DNA from: the human T2T-CHM13v2.0 reference genome, Homo sapiens
Assembly (NCBI RefSeq): GCF_009914755.1
Contig: NC_060941.1
Direction: 5' to 3' (one strand)
DNA length: 64,000 nucleotides
Below are positions 63,966 through 64,000 of this stretch, piece after piece. Each line of letters starts with the position of its first letter. The first letter of the stretch is position 1. Both the position numbers and the translations under genes were made by a program. The notes beneath the pieces are model-generated. The model was not told where the DNA came from, made no database searches, and was given only the letters and a program-made list of their open reading frames with translations.

Positions 63966-64000
63966 ACCTTGAGTAAACATGTTAGATGAGCTTGCTTCCT

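Overview
Human (primate) genomic DNA, repeat-rich, recognisable as the 3' end of SLC39A11 (ZIP11 zinc transporter, minus strand). Its last three coding exons are at 52194-52292, 51827-51985 and 50614-50692, followed by a ~1.6 kb 3'UTR with AATAAA at 48992-48997. About 5 kb downstream lies a CpG-island promoter (~43.3-44.25 kb). By synteny this is most likely the start of the minus-strand lncRNA LINC00511, which would span ~1.06-43.5 kb and end at an AATAAA at 1084-1089. The rest consists of ~30 Alus, L1/MIR fragments, DNA-transposon relics (MER2, MER20, MER58, MER81), MaLR LTRs (THE1, MST, MLT1), a full-length solo HERV-W LTR17 and a solo MER41A (both with intact TSDs), an ERVL integrase relic, a processed RPL32 pseudogene, a ~0.9 kb 23-bp GC-rich minisatellite and a ~445-bp intronic duplication. 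The most interesting hypotheses are: (i) an inverted-Alu-bracketed, in-frame, stop-free 258-nt SLC39A11 circRNA; (ii) a duplicated intronic unit carrying conserved cryptic splice sites and an inverted junction scar; (iii) the LTR17/MER41A pair beside the lncRNA promoter, supplying promoter elements and splice donors on both strands. No prokaryote-type system, CRISPR array, tRNA or rRNA was seen. Repeat subfamily calls are by eye and most repeat boundaries are approximate.
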